Part shown: piece after piece, positions 1 to 12,700 of the stretch | Layout: each line of letters begins with the position of its first letter | How positions within the stretch are numbered: position 1 is the first letter of the stretch | DNA from: Phoronis australis | Lineage: Eukaryota; Animalia; Phoronida | NCBI GenBank assembly: GCA_002633005.1 | Contig: NMRA01000071.1 | Location: forward strand, 427,511 to 491,510 | Direction: 5' to 3' | DNA length: 64,000 nucleotides | Translations under genes and position numbers: made by a program | Notes under the pieces: model-generated | What the model saw: only the letters and a program-made list of their open reading frames with translations | What the model was told of the DNA's origin: nothing | Databases searched by the model: none

Positions 1-334
1 AAAATTATGATTGTTGCATGACGTCAGGTGTATTGTTTAACAATAACTATAAGTAAATAAAACAACAAAAATGGATCACTGAAATTTTCAGATGTAATAA
101 CATCCTTCGTCAACAGAAACAGAAATAAAGTAAAATCAAACAAATATGTCAAATGTTTTACTATTTATTCTACTTTTCGACAAACAAGTGTATCCCGTTG
201 CGGATCTGGATTGCCTCTTTTATTTTCGGATTTATTTTTTACGTTAATTAACAATAACAATGTGGCTTGTGATAATATGACGTCATTGTTGCTATGCAGC
301 GTATAACTTTAAAATTTATGCAACTGGACCCTGA
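1..334. mobile_element. Probable right end of a PIF/Harbinger-type MITE
   Basis: Terminus TTTATGCAACTGGACCCTG resembles the common invertebrate GGGNCCAGTTKCAYAAA MITE TIR; other end not in window. Confidence 0.3.
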
Positions 335-679
335 TGATTAAAGTTAATGTGGTTTCCAGGTTGTTGTGTTGTAACTGAATGATGTGGATGTACAATACGT
401 GTTTTTCACAAAATAATTGATCAACAAATTGCTGCTAAATATGCATTTACTGAAATAATTGTGTTTCAGATATTTATTAAATAATGTATGTTGCTTTACT
501 ATGTAGGTTGGTTTATATGATTCTTGATTTATACAAAGTGTGATTGATTGTGTGCGTCATGCTGAGTTGAAATTATCTACAATACTAGTTCATGGACCAC
601 TAACTCTGCATATTCTATACAATCGTTTGCAAAGTCACTATTCATTAGCGACATCTGGTGTGATGCACGGTTTTACTTC

Positions 680-803
680 TGACAAGTATGTGATGCCTGA
701 CTTGTGATGCCTGACTTGTGATGTCTGACTTGTGATGTCTGACTTGTGATGTCTGACTTGTGATGCCTGACTTGTGATGTCTGACTTGTGATGTCTGACT
801 TGT
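680..803. repeat. 15-bp minisatellite (CTGACTTGTGATGYC)
   Basis: About 8 tandem units. Confidence 0.9.
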
Positions 804-936
804 GCGAGTAAGTCTGTTTTATTATTTCCTGTGCATTACCACTGTGGCCAAGATGTGACATCATTGCTAGTAATAGATTTCATACAACTTTAGAAACATT
901 CAGGGTCCTTGCTGATCTGACAGGTTGAGGTTATAT

Positions 937-1439
937 CAGGGCTTGGAATTTTCCGCGGAAACGCGGATTTCCGATTTTTTCAAATGTGCTTTCCGCTTTT
1001 TTTAGTAATATTTCCGCGTAAAAAAATCGGATTTGATATAAAATTTCCGCGGCAAATTCCTTTCTTACCGCGGCGTTGCAGACGACGTTCTCCTCGAAAA
1101 GCGGAAGTTGCTCTTTATGTTTCGGAGGAACGTAAATTGTCAACATTGCCGGGGCTTCTGGGACAGCGTGGTGGGATTTTCAATGGCGTCTGGTCGTGTT
1201 ATTGTTAAGCGCGGCGACAAATACTACTGCTCTGCAGCCAAGCCAAATATGTGGGTTGGGAGTGGACGGGCAAGCTAAAAGGACGCAGACGCATGCTACT
1301 GATAGTGGTAACGTTTTTTTTTTAGTCCTCCCGATTTTTGTCGGGGAAAGGTTCACATCGACCATTTCAAGGCTGGTTATCGGGCATGATTTGGGCCGAA
1401 AGTTTCCGCGTTTTTCGTCATTGGTCATTCCAAGCCCTG
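937..1439. mobile_element. Non-autonomous TIR element (MITE, hAT-like ends), 503 bp
   Basis: 13-bp TIR CAGGGCTTGGAAT / ATTCCAAGCCCTG; 6-bp direct repeat TTATAT on both sides; CpG-rich interior with repeated TTCCGC motifs; second copy at 5489. Confidence 0.85.
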
Positions 1440-1454
1440 TTATATGCTACACTA

Positions 1455-1860
1455 GAAAAATGTTGAGTTTGGTTTTTGAACATCATACATGTATCTAATT
1501 CTCATGAAAATGTTGAGTTTGGTTTCTGAACATCATACATGTATCTAGTTCTCATGAAAATGTTGAGTTTGGTTTCTGAACATCATACATGTATCTAGTT
1601 CTCATAAAAATGTTGAGTTTGGTTTCTGAACATCATACATGTATCTAATTCTCATGAAAATGTTGAGTTTGGTTTCTGAACATCATACATGTATCTAGTT
1701 CTCATGAAAATGTTGAGTTTGGTTTCTGAACATCATACATGTATCTAGTTCTCATGAAAATGTTGAGTTTGGTTTCTGAACATCATACATGTATCTAGTT
1801 CTCATGAAAATGTTGAGTTTGGTTTCTGAACATCTTACATATATCTAGTTCTCATGAAAA
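1455..1860. repeat. 50-bp tandem repeat, ~8 copies
   Basis: GAAAATGTTGAGTTTGGTTTCTGAACATCATACATGTATCTAGTTCTCAT repeated. Confidence 0.92.
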
Positions 1861-2433
1861 TTAGTTTTTAAAAAGCTCCGTCTTTGCATAATGTGGTATC
1901 AAAAACTTTTTGGATATTTAGGGAAAAAAAACAAAAGTTGTATGAACAAAATCAACTGATTTACAAAAATTTGAGCTGTTTTCAGATTTTATTGATGAAT
2001 ATCTATATCCAAACAATTTGGTCACTCAAGTTGTTTTGCTATGAATTTTCCCGATAAGAAATGGTAACTTAATCCAATAGATGCCAGGTCAATATGAAGT
2101 TGAGAATTAAATTCTACAGGTTTGCTACTCAACATGCCTTCTGATTAGAAAATCTTTTTTCAGCGAGATAAAAGTTCCACTATGGGGGATTTAATTTTGT
2201 CAGGGGGGAATGAAGCGGGTGTTTGGTCCCAAATTTGAGAGCTGATAGTTTAACACATTGAAGCATCATTTTGGAGCAAACTTTGCAAGAGTGAAAACAT
2301 AAAAACGATTCACTTGAAGCGAGTATTAGAAACAGTGTAAGGATGTTACGAATCAATAATTCGAAAGAGTTGAGATTTTAGGAATATTCTAACCAAGACC
2401 AATATCTAGAAAGTTGTCCGCCGTTTGTTTCAG

Positions 2434-3455
2434 GTGCGTCTCAGATGGATGGTGCAATTCTGGTTGTCGCGGCAACAGATGGGCAGATGCCTCAGACTAG
2501 AGAGCACCTGTTGTTAGCCAAACAGATTGGAGTGGAGAAGCTGGTTGTATACATAAATAAAGCTGATATTGTAGACACTGAGACATTGGAGTTGGTTGAG
2601 ATTGAAATGAGAGAACTCCTGACGGATTATGGCTTTGATGGTGACAGTACACCTGTGGTATGTGGGTCTGCTTTGTGTGCTTTAAATGGAACTCAACCAG
2701 ATATCGGCAGTGAATCTATAGTGTCTCTACTTCAAATGTTAGATGACTATGTACTTCTACCTGAGAGGGATGTCACCAGTCCCTTCTACTTGCCTATAGA
2801 GTCCTCATTCACAGTGCAGGGGCGCGGCACTGTGTGTATTGGAACATTAAAGAAAGGTGTGATCAAAAAGGGCGAGGCAGCCACCCTGCTAGGTTATGGA
2901 AATGAGGTTAAGACAGGTGTGTCAGACATTCAGGTGTTTCACAAGTCGGTTAATGAGTGTGAGGCAGGTGATAATGTAGGTGTGCTAGTGCGAGGAGTCA
3001 AACCTGAGCTGATCCAGAGGGGCATGGTGTTGTGTGCCCCAGGGTCGCTACAACAGGTCAACTCATTCCAGGCACAGATGTATGTACTGAGTAAGGGTGA
3101 AGGAGGTCGACACAAGCCAATCATGAGTAATTACATCCAGGTAATGTACTCTAACCTTTGGGACATGGCTGCTGTCTTACTCAGCCCACCAGACAAGTCT
3201 ATGTTCATGCCGGGGGACAACAGGTTAGGCACATTTGTACTACGTAAGCCTATGGTGGTGAATGTAGGACAGAGGTTTACTGTCAGGGAGAACAACATAA
3301 CCACTATCACAGGACTAGTCACAGACTTGCTACCCCCATCTAACTTGGAATTGCCAGGTTTCAACTTTGAGAGGCCACGATCTTACGTGATTGAGAGTAA
3401 TTTGTCAGTTGTTAGGAACAAGCGTGCAAAACGTAAAGCAAAGAAATCTGGTTGA
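2434..3455 (+). CDS. TUFM: Mitochondrial elongation factor Tu, EF-Tu2-like paralog; terminal exon only (upstream exons outside window)
   Basis: Acceptor tttcag at 2428-2433, then [37 protein letters not shown] (G4), GSAL (G5), GRGTV, GGRHKP, MPGD; stop TGA 3453-3455; AATAAA 3531-3536. Divergent domain-2 motifs ([29 protein letters not shown]) resemble protostome EF-Tu2 as I recall it. Confidence 0.93.
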
Positions 3456-3530
3456 CAGTTCTTACTTCACTGTTATTTAATGCCAGTGTCATTCAACCTA
3501 TCACCACATGCTGTCTTGTATGTGGGATGG

Positions 3531-3579
3531 AATAAAGTTATGAGTTCTTGACAGCGACAATGTAGTTTTACTGTTTATT
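3531..3579. terminator. Back-to-back polyadenylation signals of convergent TUFM2-like (+) and DHX34 (-)
   Basis: AATAAA at 3531-3536 (+) and TTTATT at 3574-3579 (AATAAA on -), between stops at 3455 and 3755. Confidence 0.65.
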
Positions 3580-3754
3580 TCTGAGCAACAAACGAGAGCA
3601 AACAAAACAAGAGCAGTAAACAACAAAGTACACATTATTCACATGCAGTACTCTTTGTTATTACAGCCTGCATGGCTTCTTTTAATAAACAATAGTGTCC
3701 CACTACATTCAGTAGCACTACATCCTGTATTAAACACTGCATTCAGCGTATACA

Positions 3755-6700
3755 TCACGATAACATCTGGTCGTGTTTGCATGTTTTCCTGTGTTTGAAT
3801 ATCTCTGTAGTAGTGAACCTGAAGTGTCCGTCACAGTCTCCACAGTAGTAAGGTTTGCGTAACACGCCTAACTCTGGCTTGTCACATGCATTGTCACACT
3901 GGCTCTCTGCAATAAACACTCAAATTGTAAACATTCATCTTCCCATAGTTGGGCATGCCTGGACACAACATCTCACAAGCATGTAATGACAAACATCAGA
4001 CATAAAACTGCCAAGTGCAGGAAAAGTAAGATAATGAATTACAATATTTCTCGAGGTTGGCTTGTTTGTGGTTGTGTTAGTAACTTGAAAATCCATGTGA
4101 TAGACTGACCACATGCAAATGCTGGTCATTCACAAAATTATGTTCTTTGTTTATATACTTTGTGTAAATAAACAAATCATGTCACACGACATGATCACAT
4201 GACATTACGAGTGCGTCAGTTCAATTTACCAGAAGTATTCTCAGCTGTTGTCTTCTCAGCACATTCCGCCTCGTGCTGCAGTCGCTGCGTTACCGTGACA
4301 ACCAGACTCTCGGCACACCGTGGGCAGGTCCAGTGACGTTGCATGTACATGGTGTACTCCCCATAGACAGTGGCGACACCTTCGTCGTGCAAACTGAAAC
4401 AAGTTTGTGTCAAACACTCGACTGTATTTAAGATAGTTTGTGTTGAGTTTGGAGGAAAGTGATTCACCTTGATTAGTTATCAGTTATGTGTCGCCAACAC
4501 TGTAATCAGTAACCCTAACCCTAACCCCAACACTGCAAGCTGAAGACTACAACTATTATTAGAAAAGCTTTGTATTTTGTGGAAAATTAGCAGTTCTTGG
4601 CAACTTGCCATACCTGCTTATACTTTTCCAGTAATGGTAACTGTCAAAGACCAAATAAACCCGATGGCCATGTTAACTCTGGGTGACTACACACCTCAAT
4701 CCCAGAGCTCAGGTTGTGGAAACTTACTGTTAAACTGTTAATGCATACCAGGACAGGTCTGCAGTATGAGAGATCTCACCAAGTCTATTTTGTTATGAAC
4801 AGTGAAAAGCATCCTCAGGGATTAGGGACTTCAGTACAAGGTGGAGGGTGTAGCCATCATGAGTTAAGGTGAGCTGCAGGTGTAATTGGGCTGTGACACC
4901 ACTAATCTGGTTCTTTTTATTGAATAACAGCCCATGTGAATACAAAGCACCAGTTATTGTAAATTGTGAAGTAAAAATGTTTCATAAACAGACTTGATTA
5001 GTTTTATGGTAAACTGTGGAAATAACAAATAGGACGCATAGTTTGAGAAGAACAAGGAATTCAAATCTTTTGACAATAAGAAATATTAAGCACTTTAAGC
5101 AGTTTAACAAAATTGACAAGAATCTGTGTTTGTGACAACAGAGTACCACTTATTCATAAATTAATCCGTATTCTAGAATTATGTAATGTTGTTGATCCCC
5201 TATCCCCTTACCATCCACAGGTGAGATAATCGTTAACCTGTGTGCCCCCTTTCACTGGATGCTCTGCTCCCTTACTGGCCAGCTGGATCAACCCTTTGAT
5301 CACTTCATTCTCACAAGTTGTATCTGAAAGACAAAACAAAATATTTATTAGATTAGGCAACTGCGCTATGTCCCATACCTCCCCAAAGAGGGCAGCACCA
5401 GTGTGGTGCAGGAGATGGTGTCTAATCTATGACTTGAGATACAAAATGACTTTCCCTGATAGAGAGCTGGGGAAGCAAATGTAACTCTCAGGGCTTGGAA
5501 TTTTCCGCGGAAACGCGGATTTCCGCTTTTTTCAAATGTGCTTTCTGCTTTTTTTATATTTCCGCGTAAAAAAATCGGATTTGATATAAAATTTCCGCGG
5601 CAACTTCCTTTCTTACCGCGGCGTTGCAGACGACGTTCACCTCGAAAAGCGGAAGTTGCTCTTTATGTTCGGAGGAACGTAAATTCAACATTGCCGGGGC
5701 ATCTGGGATAGCGTGGTGTGATTTTCAATGGCGTCTCGTGTTATTGTTAAGCGCGGCGACAAATACTACCGCTCTGCAGCCAAAAATGTGTGGGTTGGGA
5801 GTNAGGTGTAATTGGGCTGTGACACCACTAATCTGGTTCTTTTTATTGAATAACAGCCCATGTGAATACAAAGCACCAGTTATTGTAAATTGTGAAGTAA
5901 AAATGTTTCATAAACAGACTTGATTAGTTTTATGGTAAACTGTGGAAATAACAAATAGGACGCATAGTTTGAGAAGAACAAGGAATTTGAATCTTTTGAC
6001 AATAAGAAATATTAAGCACTTTAAGAAGTTTAAGAAATATTAAGCACTTTAAGCAGTTTAAGCACTTTAAGCAGTTTAAGCACTTTAAGCAGTTTAAGCA
6101 CTTTAAGCAGTTTAAGCACTTTAAGCAGTTTAAGCAGTTTAAGCAGTTTAACAAAATTGACAAGAATCTGTATTTGTGACAACAAAGTACCACTTATTCA
6201 TAAATTAATCCGCATTCTAGAATTATGTAATGTTGTTGATCCCCTATCTCCTTACCATCCACAGGTGAGATAATCGTTAACCTGCGTGCCCCCTTTCACT
6301 GGATGCTCTGCTCCCTTACTGGCCAGCTGGATCAACCCTTTGATCACTTCATTCTCACAAGTTGTATCTGAAAGACAAAACACAATATTTATTAGATTAG
6401 GCAACTGCGCTATGTCCCATACCTCCCCAAAGAGAGCAGCACCAGTGTGGTCCAGGAGATGGTGTCTAATCTATGACTTGAGATACAGAATGACTTTCCC
6501 TGATTGAGAGCTGGGGAAGCAAATGTAACTCTACTAGTTTACAGGTGTTAGGGTAGAGGTCTCTGCAGTTAAGGAAATATAGTGTATTGTACAGAGTGTG
6601 AGGTAAAGGTCTCTGTAGTTAAGGAAATATAGTGTATTGTACAGAGTGTGAGGTAGAGGTCTCTGCAGTTAAGTAAGGAAATATAGTGCATTGTACAGAG

Positions 6701-9700
6701 TGTGAGGTAGAGGTCTCTGCAGTTAAGTAAGGAAATATAGTGTACTGTACAGAGTGTGAGGTAGAGGTCTCTGTAGTTAAGGAAATATAGTGTATTGTAC
6801 AGAGTGTGAGGTAGAGGTCTCTACATTGATGTAATGGCCTCCCCCACTCTATACTTCACTTACCCTCACTTGGTCCCACGTACAGGTGGGTTACCTCCGC
6901 CGTAAACACCCGGCGCAGGGAATACTTGACTCTACTAGACAGGAATTCCCCCAGTTTCACAGCCAATGTCTGTTCCAATCGACGAGCTTTAGTGCTAACA
7001 ACTGGCTCACCATCTTCATTCAGGTGTTGGAAGGAATCTGTTAATATTGTATTTAATGGTTACTGCACTAGTGATCACTTCATTTTCACAACATTTACCA
7101 AAGTAATAATTCTATCAAATCTTACCCACATTTACCAATGTAATAATTCTATCAAATCTTACCCACATTTACCAATGTAAAAATTCTATCAAATCTTACC
7201 CATATTTACAAAGAAGGGTGTTACCTTCCCTCACACGCCAGTAGCTAACCTCATGTCTGACATGCAGCATACTCCATGCACTAGGTAATAACACTGATAA
7301 CAGGCAATAATAATAATAGTAGTAATAATAATGATAATAAAGCAATCAGAATTCCTCAGATGAGACCTTTAAACGACATCAGTTGATCCGTTTCCTAACC
7401 TTAGTACTAGCCTTAAAATTACAGACGACAGAAATGTGTCTGACGTAGGTACACATTCCAGTTCAGAGTATCATCAGTACTCTCACATGTCTGGTGTGAT
7501 CTCACTGCCCAACTGTAGACAAAATTACCGACCCACCTTCCAGCCTCAGTTTCAGCAATGACTGCCATGTGTTCCTCAGTTGTACCGCGCTCACCAGGAC
7601 CTCTTCGGCTTCTTCAGCATCAGCAAACTTCACCTCTAACCACTCGTCAAATACGAGTCTGAGGAGAACAGAAAATACATGGTCTTATTGATCATCAAGT
7701 TGGCAACAGGTGGTGCCAGCTGTACATGGTCATGTGATGTAAACAAACTGATATTTCCTGTATAGGCCTGTATACATGCTTGGTGAATAAATGGCAACAA
7801 CAATTTGTAAATGTTTCTCTGTTACCTTCATTGTTAAATTATATAATCATCACAGTTACTTCGTGCAATGTCTTTGTTTGTTTACACAGAAGACTTGGAC
7901 AATATGACTTACTCTCACGTTTGACAGGGCCAATGTGGATTTTGTCTTTTAAAAACATATTGAATACCCTGCAAACACATATTTAAGTGACATCTATAAT
8001 TCAAACCATCAGACATCTACCACTACATGTTGTAATAGTTAGGTGCAGAAAGTCAGTGTAAAGACAATGAATATGAACACATAATGAATGAATGAATGAA
8101 CCAATCAACATTCTTGATACTTCTAACAGTATATTGTGTTGTATTCATACCTGGTGGCTGAACTGTTAGTGTCAATATGGTGAGCGTGTAGTAGCAAAGT
8201 CTGCAGGGCTGGCACTCTCATCGTTCCAGTTAAGTATGGTTTGGTCGTCTCTAAGAGGGTACTGGAAATATAAGTTAATGATGAGTAATTAACAACCAAT
8301 TCTAGCATTTGCAATGGAAATCCAGCAGCACTAGAAGTATGGTGGCCTTTTAGGTCTTAGAATGTATGGTGGTTTACTCACGACTTGTCACTCCTAGTAT
8401 GTATGGTGACTGGCCACTAACACATAACACAACAGTTCATGTCTGTGACTAGTCACTTACACATAACACAACAGTTCATGTCTGTGACTGGTCACTAACA
8501 CATAACACAACAGTTCATGTCTGTGACTGGTCACTTACACATAACACAACAGTTCATGTCTGTGACTGTACACTTCTGTCTTGGTTGTGGTCACTTGTTT
8601 GTCTGAATCAGTGTCTTGAAGATGAAGCAGGTCAGGATGGGTGGCAAATATGGACGTAGGGTGAAGAAGGACGAAGCCCTTTGACTGAAATACATATGGC
8701 AACTCACTGTTACAAAAGAGTTCACAAATAATCTCAGTAAGTTAATATGTTTTGGAACCTAAGCTGTGAGAGCGACTGTTTCATTTGAATGATCAATATG
8801 TGATAAACACACGGTCATTATGTCTCCTTAAGGGGTGAGTATATCAATAATGACCCAACATTGGTGAAGAAAGTCACAAACTTCTAAAATTATGATTATT
8901 CAAATATCAAAACATAAAATTGTAAATATTCTATCATCATACTTGTCTATCTCCATAAATTATTGTGTGACAAATAATGCCTACCTTTGTATGGAATGCC
9001 TGCTCTGAGTCTGCCTTAAATGAGTTGCACTCGTCTGGTAAAGACACCTGTGGGTAGAGACCACTACTAAGGATGACCTTGAGTAAGTTGATCTCTCGTC
9101 GCGTGAACTGCCGACTCTGATTAGACTTTTCTTGTTCTCTCTCCATGTCATGAGTTAGACGGAACTCAAGGTCTTTGATGTCATTTGCAGCATCATCATC
9201 ACTGGACTTGTCATCCTGGGTGACGACCTATATACAGTGAGATGGGACAAGGTAATGACTATAAATCTAACGGCATGATGAGCTCAGAGAACAACAGAGG
9301 GCAGCTCAGTGGTCAATGCAGTCTACAATAAAAAGAGAAACATTCGTGAAATCCTTTCACATTTCATCAAATAGCTTCTTAACTCCATTTTTCAACCCAG
9401 AGAAGATCATTATGTATTTTCTCAATCCTTAATGACTGAACAAAAGAAAACATTTAAAACATTGTGCACTTATATCAGAGCATTGATATTGTATAAGTAA
9501 AAATTATTAGGCTTCTTACAAGCCATACGTTGGTCACGTCACATGACCTATAACAGTTAAGTGTGATCTCCGTCTCAACAAGGCCTTGAACCTTGAACTT
9601 TCTGCAAACCGTGCATTATCTCTAGTCCACTAGGCTGGCGGGACCACCGGTCGATCACAGAAATCCAATCAAACATATTTACACATGGATAAGATGCCTT

Positions 9701-12700
9701 CTATAAGTCTGAATGAATTTCTGTAATTGGCTGGTGATGCAGATAGTGCAGTGCAGTAGACAAAATTAGTTTAAAATGTTTAACCTCCTGCTGTTATGGA
9801 AAAGCAACCTAACATAAACAAAGTCACGATATTACTTAAAGTACATAAAGTGCAGCGACTAAAAACAAGTCAGAACAGAAGTTTAACCTCATTTTCCAAC
9901 TTCAGCACTTTCCGTTTGCGTGACAGGTTGTTTTGAGTTCGCTTCAGGTCACGTAACTTCTTGCGCTCACCGTGTCTCTGTCGTCGCTGCTCACTAGTTA
10001 ATAACCTCTCAGGTTCTTCAGCAGCTTGATGTAACAAGTTATGGTCCTACAGGCACAATGACATCATCACCTCATTTGAGCTTCATATAACAAGTTATGG
10101 TCCTACAGGCACAATGACATGATCACCTCATTGAGCTTCATATAACAAGTTATGGTCCTACAGGCACAATGACATCATCACCTCATTAGGACTGTGAAGG
10201 TATATAAGAGAGAGACCTTGACAAAATCAATAATGAAGTACAAATGGGTTGACTACATTTAACAGAAAAAGTTTGACTACAGGTGTCACTAATTGTGCGC
10301 TCCTATTCACACCCTGTACATGAATTGACCAAAATAATTTTATCCCAAAACTCAGTGCCACCTTCAGGAGGTCCTTGAACTGTCTCTTCAATTTGGTCAT
10401 CTCATAGAACCGTTGTTCCTCAAATCCTCGTCGCTTGCACCACTTCCTGGTCCCATGACCTTCAGCCTTGACTTGTATCCATTCATCGAATGCATTCAAC
10501 AGTGTGAAAGGGTCACCGTGGTCAGACTCAAGTGACTTTCTGGCAGACTAAAAGATGAACATAATTAACTTGAGTCTGAAGTAAGGTAGTGAAGGGAACA
10601 GACAGAACATGTATATTTAAAATTTGTATATTTAACACATGAACGTTTAACACATTCTGGAGAACAGGTTCGTCATTGGTCTCTAGAGGCATTGTAGTAT
10701 ATAAAATGGTCACTTACGTGGTTAGATGTTAACACATGTTTATTCAACACATGTATAGTTAACACTGCAGTACTTAGCCACTGGCACACTTAGCCACTGG
10801 AATACTTAGCCACTGGCATACTTAGACACTGGAATACTTAACCACTGGCACAGTCGCAAATGTGACTCAAAAAGGTGCTGTGCCAATTGTTCATTGGCTG
10901 GTCACTCTGGTGGTGAGTGGATTTTCTGAGCGATTGCGGACTTATATGATTTTTCTGTGTGGAATTCACTGCAAGAAACTGTCTCCTCCTCACTGTGGTG
11001 TTATTACTTAATACTAGGATATACGCTTGATACAAAACACGATTTTGAAGCATCATGGTGAATAACTTTGTTTCAGGTAATTTGAAAACAGTGAAGGCGT
11101 GCCTGTCGTTACCTCTGAATAAGAGTCATCACACCCTAGTAAGCGAATTCTTAACAATATCATGTTTACCAAGGCCATAGTCAGCCACAAACTTTCTGCG
11201 TCACAAGCCTATTTTTCACAAGAATTCTTGACTGTCTTTTGTCCACTCACCATATCCCTCCTCAAGTATCATCTACACTACATGTACACTCACCATGTCC
11301 CTCCTCAAGTATCATCTACACTACATGTCCACTCACCATATCCCTCCTCAAGTATCATCTACACTACATGTCCACTCACCATATCCCTCCTCAAGTATCA
11401 TCTACACTACATGTCCACTCACCATATCCCTCCTCTAGTAACATGTACACTACATTTACACTCACCATATCCCTCCCCAAGTATCATCTACACATGTACA
11501 CTCACCATAGCCTCATGGTCTGTGTGTGCTCTGCTTGTGAATGGAGACTGTACACTAAGTGCAGCAGCCACAGACAATATAGGATCTATCATGTGAAATA
11601 TTGAGCCCATGATCAGCATCTTGCCAATAGTCACATCTACAGGAAGTTGAGCCAACATCTGGCCAATAGGGGTCAGTGTCTCATCGTCAGCCAGTGCCCC
11701 CTGGTCCTTGAGGAAAGCGATGGAGTATTCTAGACTGTCTCTGGCTGGTGATTCAATGAAAGGGAACCTGCAGAAGAGTTGCAAAATGTCAATGAGTCTG
11801 GCAGACTACAGCTCCTCATGGTGGCAGATTTCACCAAGTACAGATGCAAAGATGTTCGCATTATTAGTGGCCTCTACGTGTCAAAATGGAGCATCTAATA
11901 GGTGCATTGAATGCATGACAAGTCTAAAGGTCATTAACAAACCAAAAAAAAAACTAGCATGAGAGAAATAAGTATCAAGTCTAGGTGTCCTTTGACTTCC
12001 AAATGACTTTGTGGCATCAGTGACACTGAGACACATTCAGCAACATACTTCCTGGCATCTGGCAGTCCCATAGAGGCCATCTGCAGTATGAGTGAATCAA
12101 GAGGTACTCGTAAGATCTCTGGCGTAGCATACTCTTGAAAGGCATCATAATCTGATTGGTCGTACAAACGGAAACACGTGCCTGGACCAGTACGTCCTAA
12201 ACAGAACATAAGCAATGTACAAGAGACTGAGATGTGTTAGAGTTGAGGATGACATGCAGTCTTGCAGGCAACTAAGTGAAATCAAGTCATATATTTAGAG
12301 TACAGTTTACTTCATAATTGGTCAGTTTGACGTAAATGTTCTTGAAATAGTCACTATCTCAAACTCAACTATTTTACTGAACTTATGGTCAACCTACACT
12401 GTACCTAGTTCAGTCAGAATCTGATGTTCCTGCAGAAGTCTAAAATAGATGGTAATAACAGACTACAACAAGTATCAGACTGGCTGTAATTGTGTTGTTT
12501 AACACCAATCAAGAGTTTCAATATACCTTCCAAGGCAAAACCCATTTATTAGAAATCCAGTGAATGTCCCCATCAAAGCATTTAAAGTTGAGCAAACAGA
12601 CAAAAGTACGTCCACCCATCAAAGTAGACTCATCCACATCCCTCCAAGTAGTCTGATCTGCAAATTAAAGTATTTCTGCCCCCCCCCCACCCCAAAGTAG

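Noticed and set aside
931-1498. Several short ORFs within the MITE as possible transposase
   Set aside because: No transposase motifs; element is only 503 bp.
4511-4530. Telomere-like (AACCCT)n
   Set aside because: Only ~3 units; no support for an interstitial telomere.
6552-6823. U12-type branch consensus TTTCCTTAAC followed by YAG in each repeat unit (minus strand)
   Set aside because: AG is too close to the branch motif and no U12 donor (RTATCCTT) is present; flanking exons join via a normal GT-AG intron.
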